Source of the DNA: an uncultured delta proteobacterium
Lineage (GTDB): Bacteria; Myxococcota; Myxococcia; Myxococcales; Myxococcaceae
Direction: 5' to 3'
DNA length: 64,000 nt
NCBI GenBank assembly: GCA_963776345.1
Contig: CAVZMH010000001.1
Location: forward strand, 160,001 to 224,000
Part shown: one piece after another, positions 20,137 to 32,412 of the stretch
How the letters are laid out: each line of letters starts with the position of its first letter
Position numbering within the stretch: position 1 is the first letter of the stretch
Notes under the pieces: model-generated
The model's database searches: none
What the model saw: the letters and a program-made list of their open reading frames with translations, nothing else
What the model was told of the DNA's origin: nothing
Program-made: the position numbers and the translations under genes

Positions 20137-20832
20137 ATGACGCCCCCGCCGACATCCGCTCCCGCGATGAGCCCGAAGCCCCCGCGGCCGCTGCTCCGCG
20201 GAGTGCTGAGCCCATTCGAGCGGGCCTCCGAGGTCCTCTTCGGCCTGATCATGGCCCTGACCATCACCGGGGCGCTGAGCGTGGCGCACGCCACCGAGCA
20301 GGAGACCCGGGCGCTGTTCGTCAGCACCCTGGCCTGCAACATCGCCTGGGGACTGGTGGACGGGGTGATGTACGTCCTCAACGCGCTCTTCGAGCGGGGA
20401 CGGCGCTCGCTCGTCGTCCGCGCGCTGCGCGCGAGCCCGGACACCGCGGACGCCACCCAGCTGCTCACCGAGGTCCTCCCGGAGCCGTTCGTGGGCACCC
20501 TGAGCGGAGGAGAGGTCCGGGCGCTGCGGGAGAAGATCGCCGGACACCCCGAGCTGCCCGCCCGTCCGAGTCTGCACCGCGACGACCTGATCGGCGCGGT
20601 GGGCGTGTTCCTCCTGGTCGTGGCGAGCACCTTCCCGGTGGCGCTGCCCTTCTTGCTGATCGGCGATCCCGCGCTGGCGAAGGACATCTCGCGGGCACTG
20701 TCACTGGTGCTCCTCTTCCTCAGCGGCTTCGCCGTGGGCTGGTACGCGGGACTTCGCCCGGTGGTCGTCGGCCTGGCGATGGTCGGCATCGGCGTGGTGC
20801 TGGTGGGGCTCGTCTCGGCGCTGGGCGGATGA
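20137..20832 (+). CDS. VIT1/CCC1-like integral membrane protein
   Basis: EVLFGLIMALT, CNIAWGLVDG, STFPVALPF; 5 hydrophobic segments. Confidence 0.72.
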   Translation: MTPPPTSAPAMSPKPPRPLLRGVLSPFERASEVLFGLIMALTITGALSVAHATEQETRALFVSTLACNIAWGLVDGVMYVLNALFERGRRSLVVRALRASPDTADATQLLTEVLPEPFVGTLSGGEVRALREKIAGHPELPARPSLHRDDLIGAVGVFLLVVASTFPVALPFLLIGDPALAKDISRALSLVLLFLSGFAVGWYAGLRPVVVGLAMVGIGVVLVGLVSALGG

Positions 20833-21461
20833 GACGCCGGCGCGCCACGGGGCTGCTGGCCTTGCTGCTCCCGGCGGTATCCCTCGCCCAGGGCGCTCCC
20901 GCGGCGGAGGAGGCGGAGAAGGCCTGGTCCTTCGGAGCCGCGCTGACCTGGTACTTCGTCCCCGACCAGGGGAATCACGGGGTGCCCACGGTCACCGCGG
21001 ACCACGGGCCGTTGCACCTCGAGCTCCGCTACAACTACGAGGCGCTCCGGACCGCCTCGGTCTGGGTGGGGTGGAACTTCGAGTTCGGCGAGACCGTCAC
21101 CTTCGGCCTCACGCCCATGGCCGGATGCATGCTGGGGGAGGCCGGGGGACCCGCCCTGGGCGTCCTGGTCTCCGTCGGCTGGGGCCCGGTCTCGTTCAGC
21201 TCGCAGGACGAGTGGGTCTCGGACCTGAAGGGAGGGACCGGCGGCTTCTTCTACGCCTGGACCGAGCTCGACGTGCGCCCGTGGGAGTGGCTCCGGGCGG
21301 GCGTGGTCGCGGAGCGCACGCGCGTGTTTCACACCGCCCGGGAGGTCGTCTTCGGGCCGCTCCTCGGAGTGACCGTGTGGAAGGTCGGTCTCTCCGCGTA
21401 CTGGTTCCAGCCCGGAGGCATCGACCAGTACTTCGTCGCCTCCGTCGGGGTGAGCTTCTGA
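20829..21461 (+). CDS. Putative small outer-membrane beta-barrel protein
   Basis: ATG overlaps the upstream stop; signal peptide, aromatic alternating strands, ends VGVSF. Confidence 0.68.
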   Translation: MRRRRATGLLALLLPAVSLAQGAPAAEEAEKAWSFGAALTWYFVPDQGNHGVPTVTADHGPLHLELRYNYEALRTASVWVGWNFEFGETVTFGLTPMAGCMLGEAGGPALGVLVSVGWGPVSFSSQDEWVSDLKGGTGGFFYAWTELDVRPWEWLRAGVVAERTRVFHTAREVVFGPLLGVTVWKVGLSAYWFQPGGIDQYFVASVGVSF

Positions 21462-21515
21462 GAGGGGTCGCCGATGAAAGCGGCCCTGATGGCTTCGATG
21501 AACCCCGTGACGTGC

Positions 21516-22556
21516 TCAGCGCCCGAGCGTCATCGAGAGCACCTGCCGGACCTCGCCGTACGCGAGCCAGGCCACCGCGGCGACGCCGGCCAGCAGGCTC
21601 AGCGTCTGCAGCAGCGTCTGGACCCGCCCATCGACCGGACGTCCAGCGAAGGCTTCCCACAGGGTGAGCAGCATCCGTCCGCCGTCCAGCGCGGGGAGCG
21701 GCAGGAGGAAGAAGAGGCCCAGCGCGAGCGAGAGGGCCGCCAGCGTCCGGACGAGGGCGTCCACGCTCCTGCCGGCCGCCTCCGCAGCGCCCCAGACCAG
21801 CGCGCCGGCGGTGTGGTTCCGGGCCGCGCCGCCCCAGGGCTGGGCGAGCAGCTGGCCGGCCTCGTGGAGGATCCTCCGGAGCACCACCCCGGTGTGGCGC
21901 ACCGCTTCCACGAGGGCCCGGCCCGGCCGGAGCCGCTCGAAGGCGTAGAGCTGTCGAAGCCCGATGCGTGCCCGCCCATCGGCATCGAGCCCGGGCTCGA
22001 CCTCCAGGGAGAGCGTGTCCGGCCCGCGAGCGAGGCCCACCACGGTCGCGGTCTCCGAGGGCCGGCCGAGCGCCGCGACCAGCTCGGACCATCGATGGAC
22101 GGGCGCGCCGTCCACCGAGACGATGCGGTCGCCCGGGTGGAAGCCGGCGCGCGCGGCCACCGAGCCCGGCTCGACCGCACCGACCACCGTTCCCACCGGG
22201 TGGTGGGTCCCGGCGGCGAACAGCCCCGCCAGCAGCAGCACCGCCACCACCCAGCTCCCCAGCGGGCCCGCGGCGAAGATGGCCAGCCTCCGTCCGACGG
22301 ACAGGGTGGCGAAGGGGACGCCCGAGGCGCGGGTGGCATCGTGGGGATTCTCCCCCTCGAGCCGGAGCCACCCTCCGAAGGGGATGGCCCCCACCGCCCA
22401 GCGCTGGCCGAGCGCCCGGACGCTGAACAGCGGGGGGCCAATCCCGAAGGAGAAGACGATCGCCCGGGTGCCGAAGACGCGCGCGGCGAGCAGGTGCGCC
22501 AGCTCGTGCACGGCCAGGAGCACACCGAGGGCGAGCAGCGCGAGGAGGGCTCGCAT
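21516..22556 (-). CDS. Second site-2 (M50) protease with one PDZ domain
   Basis: HELAH, FSFGIGP, PFGGW, AAGP, GDRIVSVDG, LPLPALDGGR. Confidence 0.88.
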   Translation of the reverse strand: MRALLALLALGVLLAVHELAHLLAARVFGTRAIVFSFGIGPPLFSVRALGQRWAVGAIPFGGWLRLEGENPHDATRASGVPFATLSVGRRLAIFAAGPLGSWVVAVLLLAGLFAAGTHHPVGTVVGAVEPGSVAARAGFHPGDRIVSVDGAPVHRWSELVAALGRPSETATVVGLARGPDTLSLEVEPGLDADGRARIGLRQLYAFERLRPGRALVEAVRHTGVVLRRILHEAGQLLAQPWGGAARNHTAGALVWGAAEAAGRSVDALVRTLAALSLALGLFFLLPLPALDGGRMLLTLWEAFAGRPVDGRVQTLLQTLSLLAGVAAVAWLAYGEVRQVLSMTLGR

Positions 22557-22651
22557 GCGGTCCGTCCGGGAGCGTATCAGTGGTCCGCAGCCCGGGGGGA
22601 CGGCGATTGAAGCCCCGGGGCGTGGTCTCTAGACTCGCCCGTCCGCTCGTG

Positions 22652-23165
22652 ATGAACGCACGGATGGCACTCGTGATCCTCGCCACCTCCCTGGCCGGCT
22701 GCGGCGGAAGAACCCACGCCCAGGAGGAAGGGTGCTATGCCTTGCTGCCCGTGCGGCCCACCGGAATTCTTCGCGACGAGTGCCAGCTGCTGGCGGACGC
22801 CGCCGCGAATCTCGGCGCGCGGCTCACGCGGTCAGGCGACGTGGTGGAGCTCGACTTCCGGTTCACCAGCCCGAGCCAGGGTGCGCTGCTCGACGTGTCG
22901 ATGGCCGGCCAGTTCTCCTACGACCAGGAGACGTTCAGCGCCGACGGAACGGCCTCGAACGTCCTCCTGCCCATCGAGGGGCAGGCCTGCCAGATCGATC
23001 TGGTCGACGTCCACCTGGACGCGACCTCGGACGCGGCGGATCGCTTCGAGGTTCTCGGGGGTGATCCGGATCAGCACCTTTACTTTTCGACCCGAGACCT
23101 GTGTGTGCCAGGCCTGGTTCGAGTACCAGGCCTCGCTGAGCAATTCTGGAAGCGCCTGTCCCTAG
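22652..23165 (+). CDS. Hypothetical lipoprotein; frameshift ~23040
   Basis: Lipobox LAGC; the beta-rich product continues in the 22737..23165 frame ([10 protein letters not shown]...CVCQAWFEY). Confidence 0.65.
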
Positions 23166-23175
23166 GAGCGTCGCC

Positions 23176-25134
<1,959 letters not shown>

Positions 25135-25186
25135 CCCGGCCCGACCGGAGGGCGCTCGTCGAGGGGCTCGATGCCTCGCTCGGGCG

Positions 25187-25703
25187 CTAGTGCTCGTCCG
25201 CCGTGCAGTCCTTCGCCACGCGGAACGCCGTCGAGGAACCGGTCGACGTCCGGTGCCGGTCCTCGCCACATGGCCATCAGCGTGTAGATGCACTGGCCGG
25301 CGGCCACGACCTGGATGCGGATCTCGAGCCCCTGGGCGTGGAAGGCGCAGGTCTGGGCAGGGCGGCCGTCGCGGCGCTTGCCTCGCGCGTCGGTGGTGAT
25401 GTCGTACCCCCGCGCGCGGGCGAACTCGGCGCAGAAGCCGTCGAGCACGCCCTCCGGGTCGAGCCGGCGCCCCGGGCCGGGCCGGCGCCGCTGCACCAGG
25501 AACGCCTGGTCCTCGGTCCCGCGCGACTCGACCGAGAGCAGGCGCTGGTTGCCCTCGGTCCGCTCGGCCTCGGTCCGCAGGGGCGGCGGGAGCTCGGCGC
25601 TGAACGTCCCGTCCGGCGCCTCGTACCGCGGCCAGGCCGGCTTGCAGCCCCCCGCGGCGAGGAGGAGCGCCAGCACCACCGCCTCTCTCCGGCGTTCAGC
25701 CAT
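25187..25703 (-). CDS. Hypothetical lipoprotein (PsbP/DcrB-like alpha/beta fold possible); frameshift ~25229
   Basis: Lipobox AGGC; removing one G gives the end FLDAFRVAKDCTADEH* (stop 25187) instead of read-through antisense into acs. Confidence 0.62.
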
Positions 25704-26331
25704 GGCGTGAGAGGTGGACGACCGCGGCCTCGAGCAGCGCGGCGATCCCCCGCTTCGAGGTGTGGACCAGCTTGCGCCGCAGCGGCGGAGGCCCGCCGGT
25801 GTAGAGCGTGCTCACGCGGTGATCGAGCTCCGAGCCGCCCCAGAGCAAGACGAGATCTGCCCAGTCCAGGTCCAGCCGGGCCTGGGCGAGCGTCCTTCGC
25901 TCGGTGCCGTCGACCAGGCGAAGCTCGAGCCGCCCGCCGAGGGCATCGCGCAGCTCCTCCCGCACCGACGGCGAGCCGCCGACGATGGTCAGGCGACGGA
26001 TGCCCGAGCGCTGGCAGGCGGCGACCAGCGCCTCCTCGGCCCGGCGATTGTCGGAGCCGCCGCACGAGGCGCACGCGGTGCGATGGGCGGTGCGCACCGG
26101 CGTCCTGCCGGAGCGCTCCGCGGCCGCGGCGCAGGCCGGCGTCGCGCAGTGCTTGAAGAATCGCCCGTCGAGCGCCAATCGGGCGCGGTCCTCCTTCGCC
26201 GCGCTCATCCGCGCCTTGCCCGGCCGGGTGAGCCCCGCGGCCTCCAGCGCCTCGCGGGCGCGGGTCCGCACCTCCGGGAGGTCGAAGCCCTCGGCCGAGA
26301 GCCAGGAGTCGATGTCGACGTCATGGCTCAC
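25696..26331 (-). CDS. Hypothetical protein: Cys/His cluster plus DUF2325-like C-terminal domain
   Basis: GTG overlaps the rnhB stop; HCATPAC...[14 protein letters not shown]...[14 protein letters not shown]. Confidence 0.68.
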   Translation of the reverse strand: MSHDVDIDSWLSAEGFDLPEVRTRAREALEAAGLTRPGKARMSAAKEDRARLALDGRFFKHCATPACAAAAERSGRTPVRTAHRTACASCGGSDNRRAEEALVAACQRSGIRRLTIVGGSPSVREELRDALGGRLELRLVDGTERRTLAQARLDLDWADLVLLWGGSELDHRVSTLYTGGPPPLRRKLVHTSKRGIAALLEAAVVHLSRHG

Positions 26332-27186
26332 GGACCGGCCGGTTCCGGCGGAACCGGCGGCAGCTCGAAGAGCAGCTCCTGGATGGGCTCGAGCCCGAGC
26401 GCCTGGCGTACCGGCGCGAAGCTCCGCCGGTGGATGGGGCAGGCGCCGAGCGAGCGCAGCGCAGCCTCGTGCTGAGGAGTGGGGTATCCCTTGTGCGCGG
26501 CGAACCCGTAGCCCGGGTACGTCGCGTCCATCTCGGCCATGTGGGCGTCCCGGGTGGTCTTCGCCAGCACCGAGGCGGCGGCGATGGTGAGCGAGAGCGC
26601 GTCGCCGTGCACGATGCCCCGCTGCGGCACCGGGCACTCGGGGATGCGGCGGGCGTCCACCAGCACGAAGCTCGGGGGCAGCGGCAGGCCGAGGAGCGCG
26701 CGGCGCATCGCGAGGAGCCCGGCGTGGTAGATGTTCAGCCGGTCGATCTCCCCCACCTCGGCCACGCCCACCGCCCAGGCGACCGCGTCCCGCTTCAGCT
26801 CGCCGGCCATTCGCTCGCGGGTCTCGGCGTCGAGCACCTTGCTGTCGTCGAGCCCGCGCAGCTTGTAGTGCCGCGGGAGGATGACGGCCGCCGCGACCAC
26901 CGGACCGGCGAGGGGCGCCATCCCCGCCTCGTCCACCCCCGCGACGTGCAGGTGGCCCGCCTCCCACAGGTCGACCTCGTAGCGGAGGAGGTTCCGGAGC
27001 CGCTGGCCCTCGGAGCGGTTCTTCTCCCGGCGGGCCGCGGATGGCGCGGGCCAGCTCCCGGGCCGCGCGCCGCGGGTCCTGCTCCAGGGCCTCCACGAGG
27101 CCCTCGGGGACCGGCCGCCCCCGCGTGAGGAACCGCTCGCGGAGCTGACCGATGGGCTGGGCGAGGAACCGCTCGAGGTCGGACAT
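26328..27186 (-). CDS. rnhB: Ribonuclease HII with N-terminal extension; frameshift ~27036
   Basis: [50 protein letters not shown]-terminus MSDLERF... lies in another frame. Confidence 0.92.
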
Positions 27187-27244
27187 CGTGGCGGCCCGGA
27201 ACGCTACACGCGTGGACCGACAGCGCGGAAGTGTCTCCAGACGC

Positions 27245-27634
27245 TCACTCGCCGGGCGCAGGAGCCTGGAGCAGCCCCCAGGCGTCCAGGTCGATCGCCG
27301 CCAGAACCGTCCGGTGTGCCAGGCAGCCGCAACGCGGTGTCCGGGGCGAGGGGCAGGAGCGCATCCAGGACTCGAGCCGGGAGAGCGGCCCTGGCCCGAC
27401 CGGGTGCGCACGGACGTGCACCGACTCCGAGGAAAGGTCTCCGTGGCGCGACTCGGTCACCTCGGTGAGGCCCTCGAACCTGCAGCCGCCGCAGCGGGCG
27501 ACCGCGAGCATCCGTTCGTCGGCCTCTTCCGGCGGCAGCTCCAGCACCAGCGGCGGATGCACCAGCGCGGCGCCGCACCGAGGACACCGGCCGGCGCCGC
27601 CGCCCGGGTGGCCCGGGATCCATCCAGGGCTCAC
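27245..27634 (-). CDS. Small Cys-rich putative zinc-binding protein
   Basis: GTG overlaps the M61 stop; CPRC, CGGC, C-x6-CGC-x2-H. Confidence 0.6.
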   Translation of the reverse strand: MSPGWIPGHPGGGAGRCPRCGAALVHPPLVLELPPEEADERMLAVARCGGCRFEGLTEVTESRHGDLSSESVHVRAHPVGPGPLSRLESWMRSCPSPRTPRCGCLAHRTVLAAIDLDAWGLLQAPAPGE

Positions 27635-29388
27635 CCGGCGCCGTCCAGCGGTGCGCCCGCCCAGCGCTCGAACGCCGCGCGCTGCGCGTCGGTGGGCGAC
27701 TCGACCGGCGCGAGCCACACCGCATCCTCGGGACGGCGCTCGAGCGTCACCGGGACCTCGACCAGGAGATCACGCCGGAACACCGACACCCGGAGCACCT
27801 CTCCCGGGCTCCGGTCGTCGGCGCGCGAGACCAGCGCCGCGGCGTCGCCCTTCACCCCGTCCACCGCGATGACCTCGTCGTCGGGGTAGAGACCCGCCGC
27901 CTGTGCGGGGGAGCCCTCGAGGACGCTGGCGATGGCGTTGCCGCGCGCCACGATGCCGGTCCAGCCGCGCGCCCGCGTGTCGCCTTCCTTGAGCCGGGGC
28001 GGCGTCCCACCCTTGTCGCCCACCGACTCGCGGATGCGGGTGCGCACCCGGAGTCCCACGTGCTCGAGCGCCGAGGTGTCCAGCTCGTCGGTGCTGCGGA
28101 GCGCCCGGTCGAAGAAGGACCTGAGATCCGCGCCGGCCACCTCGGAGGCCGCCGCCTCCACTCCGTCCTCCGGCACGCCCTTCCCGTCGCCGTGGCGGCT
28201 CCAGAGGAGGCGCATCACGTCGTCGAGGCTCTTCGCGTCGCGGGTGCGGCGGCGGATCTCGAGGTCGAGGCACAGTGCCACCAGCTCGCCCTTCAGGTAG
28301 TACGAGACGGCGCTGTTGGGCGTGTGCTCGTCCTGCCGGTAGTACTTCACCCAGGCGGTGAGCGAGCCCTCCTCCAGCGTCTGCACCCGTCGGCCCGGCG
28401 TCGTGGCGAGCGTGGAGAACGCCTCGCCGAGCCGGATCAGGTAGCGCGCCGGGCTCATCCGTCCCGCGCGCCGCACCAAGAGATTGTCGTAGTACGAGGT
28501 GATGCCCTCGAACGCCCAGAGCAGGCGGGTGTAGCTCTCGCCCGAGTAGTCGAAGGGGACGAAGGCCCGCGGCTTCAGGCGCTTCACGTTCCAGAGGTGG
28601 AAGTACTCGTGCGAGGCGAGGGTGAGGAAGTCCTCCCAGCCCTTGGGGGTGGAGATCTGCGCCCGGGGGTAGACCAGCGCGGTGGAGGCGGCGTGCTCGA
28701 GCCCGCCGCGCCCCTTGTCCACCAGGTAGAGCAGGAAGAGGTAGCGGGGCATGGGGAGCCCGCCCCACAGCGCCGCCTCGGCGTCGCACACCGCGGCGAG
28801 GTCGGCCGCGAGCTTGCTCGCGTCCACCGTCCCGCCCCAGACCACCACCTCGTGCGGCACGCCGCCGGCCTCGAACCGGATGGGGCGGTGCGGGCCGATC
28901 TCCACCGGGCTGTCGACCAGCACGTCGTAGCTCGGGGCCTGCCAGCCGCCGTCGGTGCGCTCCAGCGCGGTGAAGACGGTCCACCCCGGAGGCGCGTCGA
29001 CCGCCAGGTGGTACGGCGCGTCCCGGAGCGCCTCGGTGTAGAGGAAGAGCGTCGCCCCGTTGAAGAAGCCATGCGTCCCGTCGAGGTGGCTGGTCCTCAC
29101 CGTGAGCTCGTTGGCGTAGACGCAGTAGCGCACCCGCGCCGGGCGGCCCTGCGGGCGGAGGCGCCAGGTCCGCTTGTCCACCCGCTCGGCCGTCACGCGC
29201 TCGCCGCGGTCGTCGGAGGCGGAGAGCTCCTGGACGTGACGGGCGAACTCGCGGACCAGGTAGCTGCCCGGCGTCCAGACCGGCAGCACGAGGTCGAGCA
29301 CGTCGGCGGCGGGGAACTGGGCCTCCACCTCGAAGAGGTGCGAGTGGGGCCGGGGCATCGAGACGCGGTAGCGGACCGCTTCGGTCAT
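27631..29388 (-). CDS. M61-family glycyl aminopeptidase with PDZ
   Basis: PVWTPGSY, GGLEH, HEYFHLWNVKR, LWAFEGITSYY, YYLKG. Confidence 0.94.
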   Translation of the reverse strand: MTEAVRYRVSMPRPHSHLFEVEAQFPAADVLDLVLPVWTPGSYLVREFARHVQELSASDDRGERVTAERVDKRTWRLRPQGRPARVRYCVYANELTVRTSHLDGTHGFFNGATLFLYTEALRDAPYHLAVDAPPGWTVFTALERTDGGWQAPSYDVLVDSPVEIGPHRPIRFEAGGVPHEVVVWGGTVDASKLAADLAAVCDAEAALWGGLPMPRYLFLLYLVDKGRGGLEHAASTALVYPRAQISTPKGWEDFLTLASHEYFHLWNVKRLKPRAFVPFDYSGESYTRLLWAFEGITSYYDNLLVRRAGRMSPARYLIRLGEAFSTLATTPGRRVQTLEEGSLTAWVKYYRQDEHTPNSAVSYYLKGELVALCLDLEIRRRTRDAKSLDDVMRLLWSRHGDGKGVPEDGVEAAASEVAGADLRSFFDRALRSTDELDTSALEHVGLRVRTRIRESVGDKGGTPPRLKEGDTRARGWTGIVARGNAIASVLEGSPAQAAGLYPDDEVIAVDGVKGDAAALVSRADDRSPGEVLRVSVFRRDLLVEVPVTLERRPEDAVWLAPVESPTDAQRAAFERWAGAPLDGAG

Positions 29389-29417
29389 GCGCCCCACGTC
29401 TAGCACCCGGGGGCAGC

Positions 29418-30865
29418 TCAGCGCGCGCGCAGGAGGATGGCGCCGAAGAACCCGTCGGTTCCATGGCGTCCGGGCGAGAGCCGGAGGAAGTCGCCGGTGC
29501 TGACCCTGGCGCCCAGCTCGGGGCCGAGCCGGTCGGCGGGCGGGACGGTGTGGAACCCCGGGTGACGCTCGAGGAACCAGGCCACCACCGCCTCGTTCTC
29601 CTCCTCGAGCACGCTGCACGTTCCGTAGACCAGGCGGCCGCCCGGGCGCACCAGCGGCGCGAACTGGGCGAGGAGGGTGCGCTGGCGCTCCACGTGCTGC
29701 CCGAGCATCGCCTCGGTCAGGCGGTAGCGGGCGTCGGGCTTGCGGCGGAAGGTGCCGGTGCCGCTGCATGGTGCGTCGACCAGCACCCGGTCGGCCTTCT
29801 CCGCGAGGTCGGCGAGCGCCGGCCCGACCTCGGGGCCCGAGGCGGGGATGGCGCGGATGCGGACGTTGTGCACGCCGGCGCGGCGGGCCCGGCGCTTGAG
29901 CTCCTCGAGGCGCCGGGCGTCGATGTCGAGCGCGAACAGCTCGCCTCGGTTCCGCATCTGGGCCGCGAGCTGGAGCGTCTTGCCGCCGGCGCCGGCGCAG
30001 GCGTCCACCACGCGGGTGGGGGGCGCGTCGACGAGGAGCCCCAGGAGCTGGCTCCCCTCGTCCTGGAGCTCGAAGAGCCCTTCGCGGAAGCTGGGGAGCG
30101 CGAAGACGTTCTGCCTCGTCTCGAGGAAGAGCCCGAGCGGCGAGAGCGGCGTCTCGCGCGTCTCCACGCCCTCGGCACGGAGCCGGTCCCGGAGCGCGTC
30201 GCGGGTCGTCCGGAGGAGGTTCACCCGGGCGGTGAGCGGGGCCCGCTCGTTCATCGCCGCGGCCTCGAGCTCGGCGCGATCGCCGAACTCCCGGAGGAAG
30301 CGCTCGGCGAGGAAGTCCGGGAGCGAGGCGTCGAGCGCGAAGCGCTGGGGGCGAGGAAGGGCCTGGAGGGCGGCGGCGGCGGCGGGGAGCGCCTCGAGGA
30401 CCTGCGACTCGTCCGGCCGGAGGCCGCTGGTCCTGGCCACGCGCTCGGCGGTCTCGCCGTGCAGCACCTGCGAGGCGGCGAGCCGCAGGAGGTCCTGCTG
30501 GGTGGTGGGGCGCCGCTCGAGGGTGGCGCCCGCGCGATCGAGGAGCGCGTCGACGGTTCGCTGCCGGCGGAGCAGGGCGTAGACGCGCTCGGCCACCGCC
30601 CGCCGCTCGTTCGAGTAGAGATGCCGCTTGGTCCGGAGCACGTGGTCGAGCGCGCGGTCGGCGAGCCAGCCCTCGTGGCGAACCGCGCCGTAGGCCTCCA
30701 GCGCCGCCTGCGTCACCAGGTCTTCCCGGAGGGGGCGCTCCGGCCGCTCCGCCCCGTCGTGGCGCTCGCGCCCCCGGAGGTGGCACGCCCGGAGGTGTCA
30801 GACACCTCGGACGAGGCCTGACGCGGGCGGCGGTCGCGCCGGCGGCCAGAGGACGGGCGAGTCAC
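29418..30865 (-). CDS. RsmB/NOP-family RNA m5C methyltransferase; probable frameshift in G run ~30771-30776
   Basis: QDEGSQ, DACAGAGGKT, DAPCSGTG, YGTCS, TDGFF. The upstream part (RPLREDLV) lacks an in-frame start; GTG 30865 is in another frame. Confidence 0.88.
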
Positions 30866-30870
30866 GGGCC

Positions 30871-31203
30871 TCAGTACCTCGGCATGCGCGGGTCCACGTC
30901 CACCGCCCACGCCTCGATGCCGCCGCGCAGGGACGCCGCGGGGATGCCCACCGAGTCCAGGAAGGCGGCCGCGTGGTAGCTGCGTACCCCGAGGTGACAG
31001 AGGACGACCAGCGGCCGGTCCGCCACCTCGCGGACCTCGTCCAGCCGCGCCGGCAGCTCGTGCATCGGCACGTGCAGCGAGCCGGGGAGGGACGCGACGC
31101 GGACCTCGTCCGGGTTCCGGACGTCGAGGATGAGGGGCCGCTCCACCTCGGGTCCCTCCAGGGCCCGGGCCAGCTCGCGCGCGCTCACCTCACGCACGGG
31201 CAC
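30871..31203 (-). CDS. Single-domain rhodanese
   Basis: LDVRNPDE, LCHLGVRS, SLRGGIEAW. Confidence 0.9.
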   Translation of the reverse strand: MPVREVSARELARALEGPEVERPLILDVRNPDEVRVASLPGSLHVPMHELPARLDEVREVADRPLVVLCHLGVRSYHAAAFLDSVGIPAASLRGGIEAWAVDVDPRMPRY

Positions 31204-32356
31204 CGGGCACCTCGCAGGTGGGCGGCTCGTCGGAGAGGGTGATGGTCGCGCCCGGACGGCAGGTGGGGCAGGCCGGATCGCGCCGCAGCGCCAGCTCGGA
31301 GAACCGCGTCCCCAGCGCGTCGAAGGTGAGCAGCCGCCCGACGAGCGGGGTGCCGATGCCCAGCAGCAGCTTCAGCACCTCGTTGGCCTGGACCAACCCG
31401 ATGAGCCCGGGCAGCACCCCGAGCACCCCGGCCTCGGCGCAGGACGGCGCGAGCTCCGGCGGGGGCGGCGACGGGTACAGGCAGCGGTAGCACGGCCCCA
31501 CGCCGGGGAGCAGCGTCGTCGCCTGGCCCTCGAAGCGGTACACGCTCCCGTGCACCAGCGGGATGCCCTCCTTCACGCAGGCGTCGTTGAGCAGGTAGCG
31601 GGTGGGGAAGTTGTCGCCTCCGTCCACCACCACCTCGAACCCGCGCACGATGCGCAGGACGTTCGCCGCGGTGAGGCGCTCGGGGAAGGTGACGACCTTG
31701 AGCTCGGGGTTGAGCGCGGTCAGCGCGTCCCGCGCGCTGTCGGTCTTGGGCCGCCCTGCGTCCGAGCTCCGGTGGAGCACCTGCCGCTGGAGGTTGCTCA
31801 CCTCCACCACGTCCGAGTCGACGATGCCCAGGGTCCCCACGCCCGCCGCGGCCAGGTACAGCGCCGCGGGCGAGCCGAGCCCCCCGGCGCCGAGCAGGAG
31901 CACCCGAGACTCGAACAGCTTCGTCTGTCCGGCCTCGCCGACCTCGGGCAAGGAGAGGTGCCGCCGGTAGCGCGCCTTCTGGTCGGCGCGCAGCTGGGTG
32001 GGCCGCACCCGCGGCAGCCCGAGGTCGCTCCAGCGACCGAACCCGCCCGCGAGCGACGAGACCCGGGCGTACCCGAGCTCCTGGAGCGTGCGGCCGGCGA
32101 GGAGCGACCGGACCCCGCTCGCGCAATAGAGGACGATCTCCCGCTCGCGCGGCACCAGCCGTTCGATGCCGAGCTCGAGGTTCCCCCGGGGGAGGAGGAG
32201 CGCGCCGGGGAGGTGCCCCTCCGCGGTCTCGTCCGGCTCGCGCACGTCCAGCAGCAGGGGCGCGTCCGCCGAGTCGAGCCGCCCGGCCACCGCCTCCGGG
32301 CCGACTTCGGGGACGGCGGCGCGGGCCTGCTCCAGGACTTGACGGAAGGTGGGCAT
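31190..32356 (-). CDS. moeB: Molybdopterin-synthase adenylyltransferase with N-terminal rhodanese
   Basis: YCASGVRS; RYRRH, GAGGLGSP, SNLQRQ, PCYRC, CPTC. Confidence 0.93.
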   Translation of the reverse strand: MPTFRQVLEQARAAVPEVGPEAVAGRLDSADAPLLLDVREPDETAEGHLPGALLLPRGNLELGIERLVPREREIVLYCASGVRSLLAGRTLQELGYARVSSLAGGFGRWSDLGLPRVRPTQLRADQKARYRRHLSLPEVGEAGQTKLFESRVLLLGAGGLGSPAALYLAAAGVGTLGIVDSDVVEVSNLQRQVLHRSSDAGRPKTDSARDALTALNPELKVVTFPERLTAANVLRIVRGFEVVVDGGDNFPTRYLLNDACVKEGIPLVHGSVYRFEGQATTLLPGVGPCYRCLYPSPPPPELAPSCAEAGVLGVLPGLIGLVQANEVLKLLLGIGTPLVGRLLTFDALGTRFSELALRRDPACPTCRPGATITLSDEPPTCEVPGARA

Positions 32357-32412
32357 CGGCGGCCGCCTGCGTATAACAGACGCGGGCCGGACGGCCAGGA
32401 GGCCTCACGGGG

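Noticed and set aside
30871..32356. moeB plus rhodanese as one frameshifted gene
   Set aside because: Each has plausible termini; a 14-nt overlap fits translational coupling.
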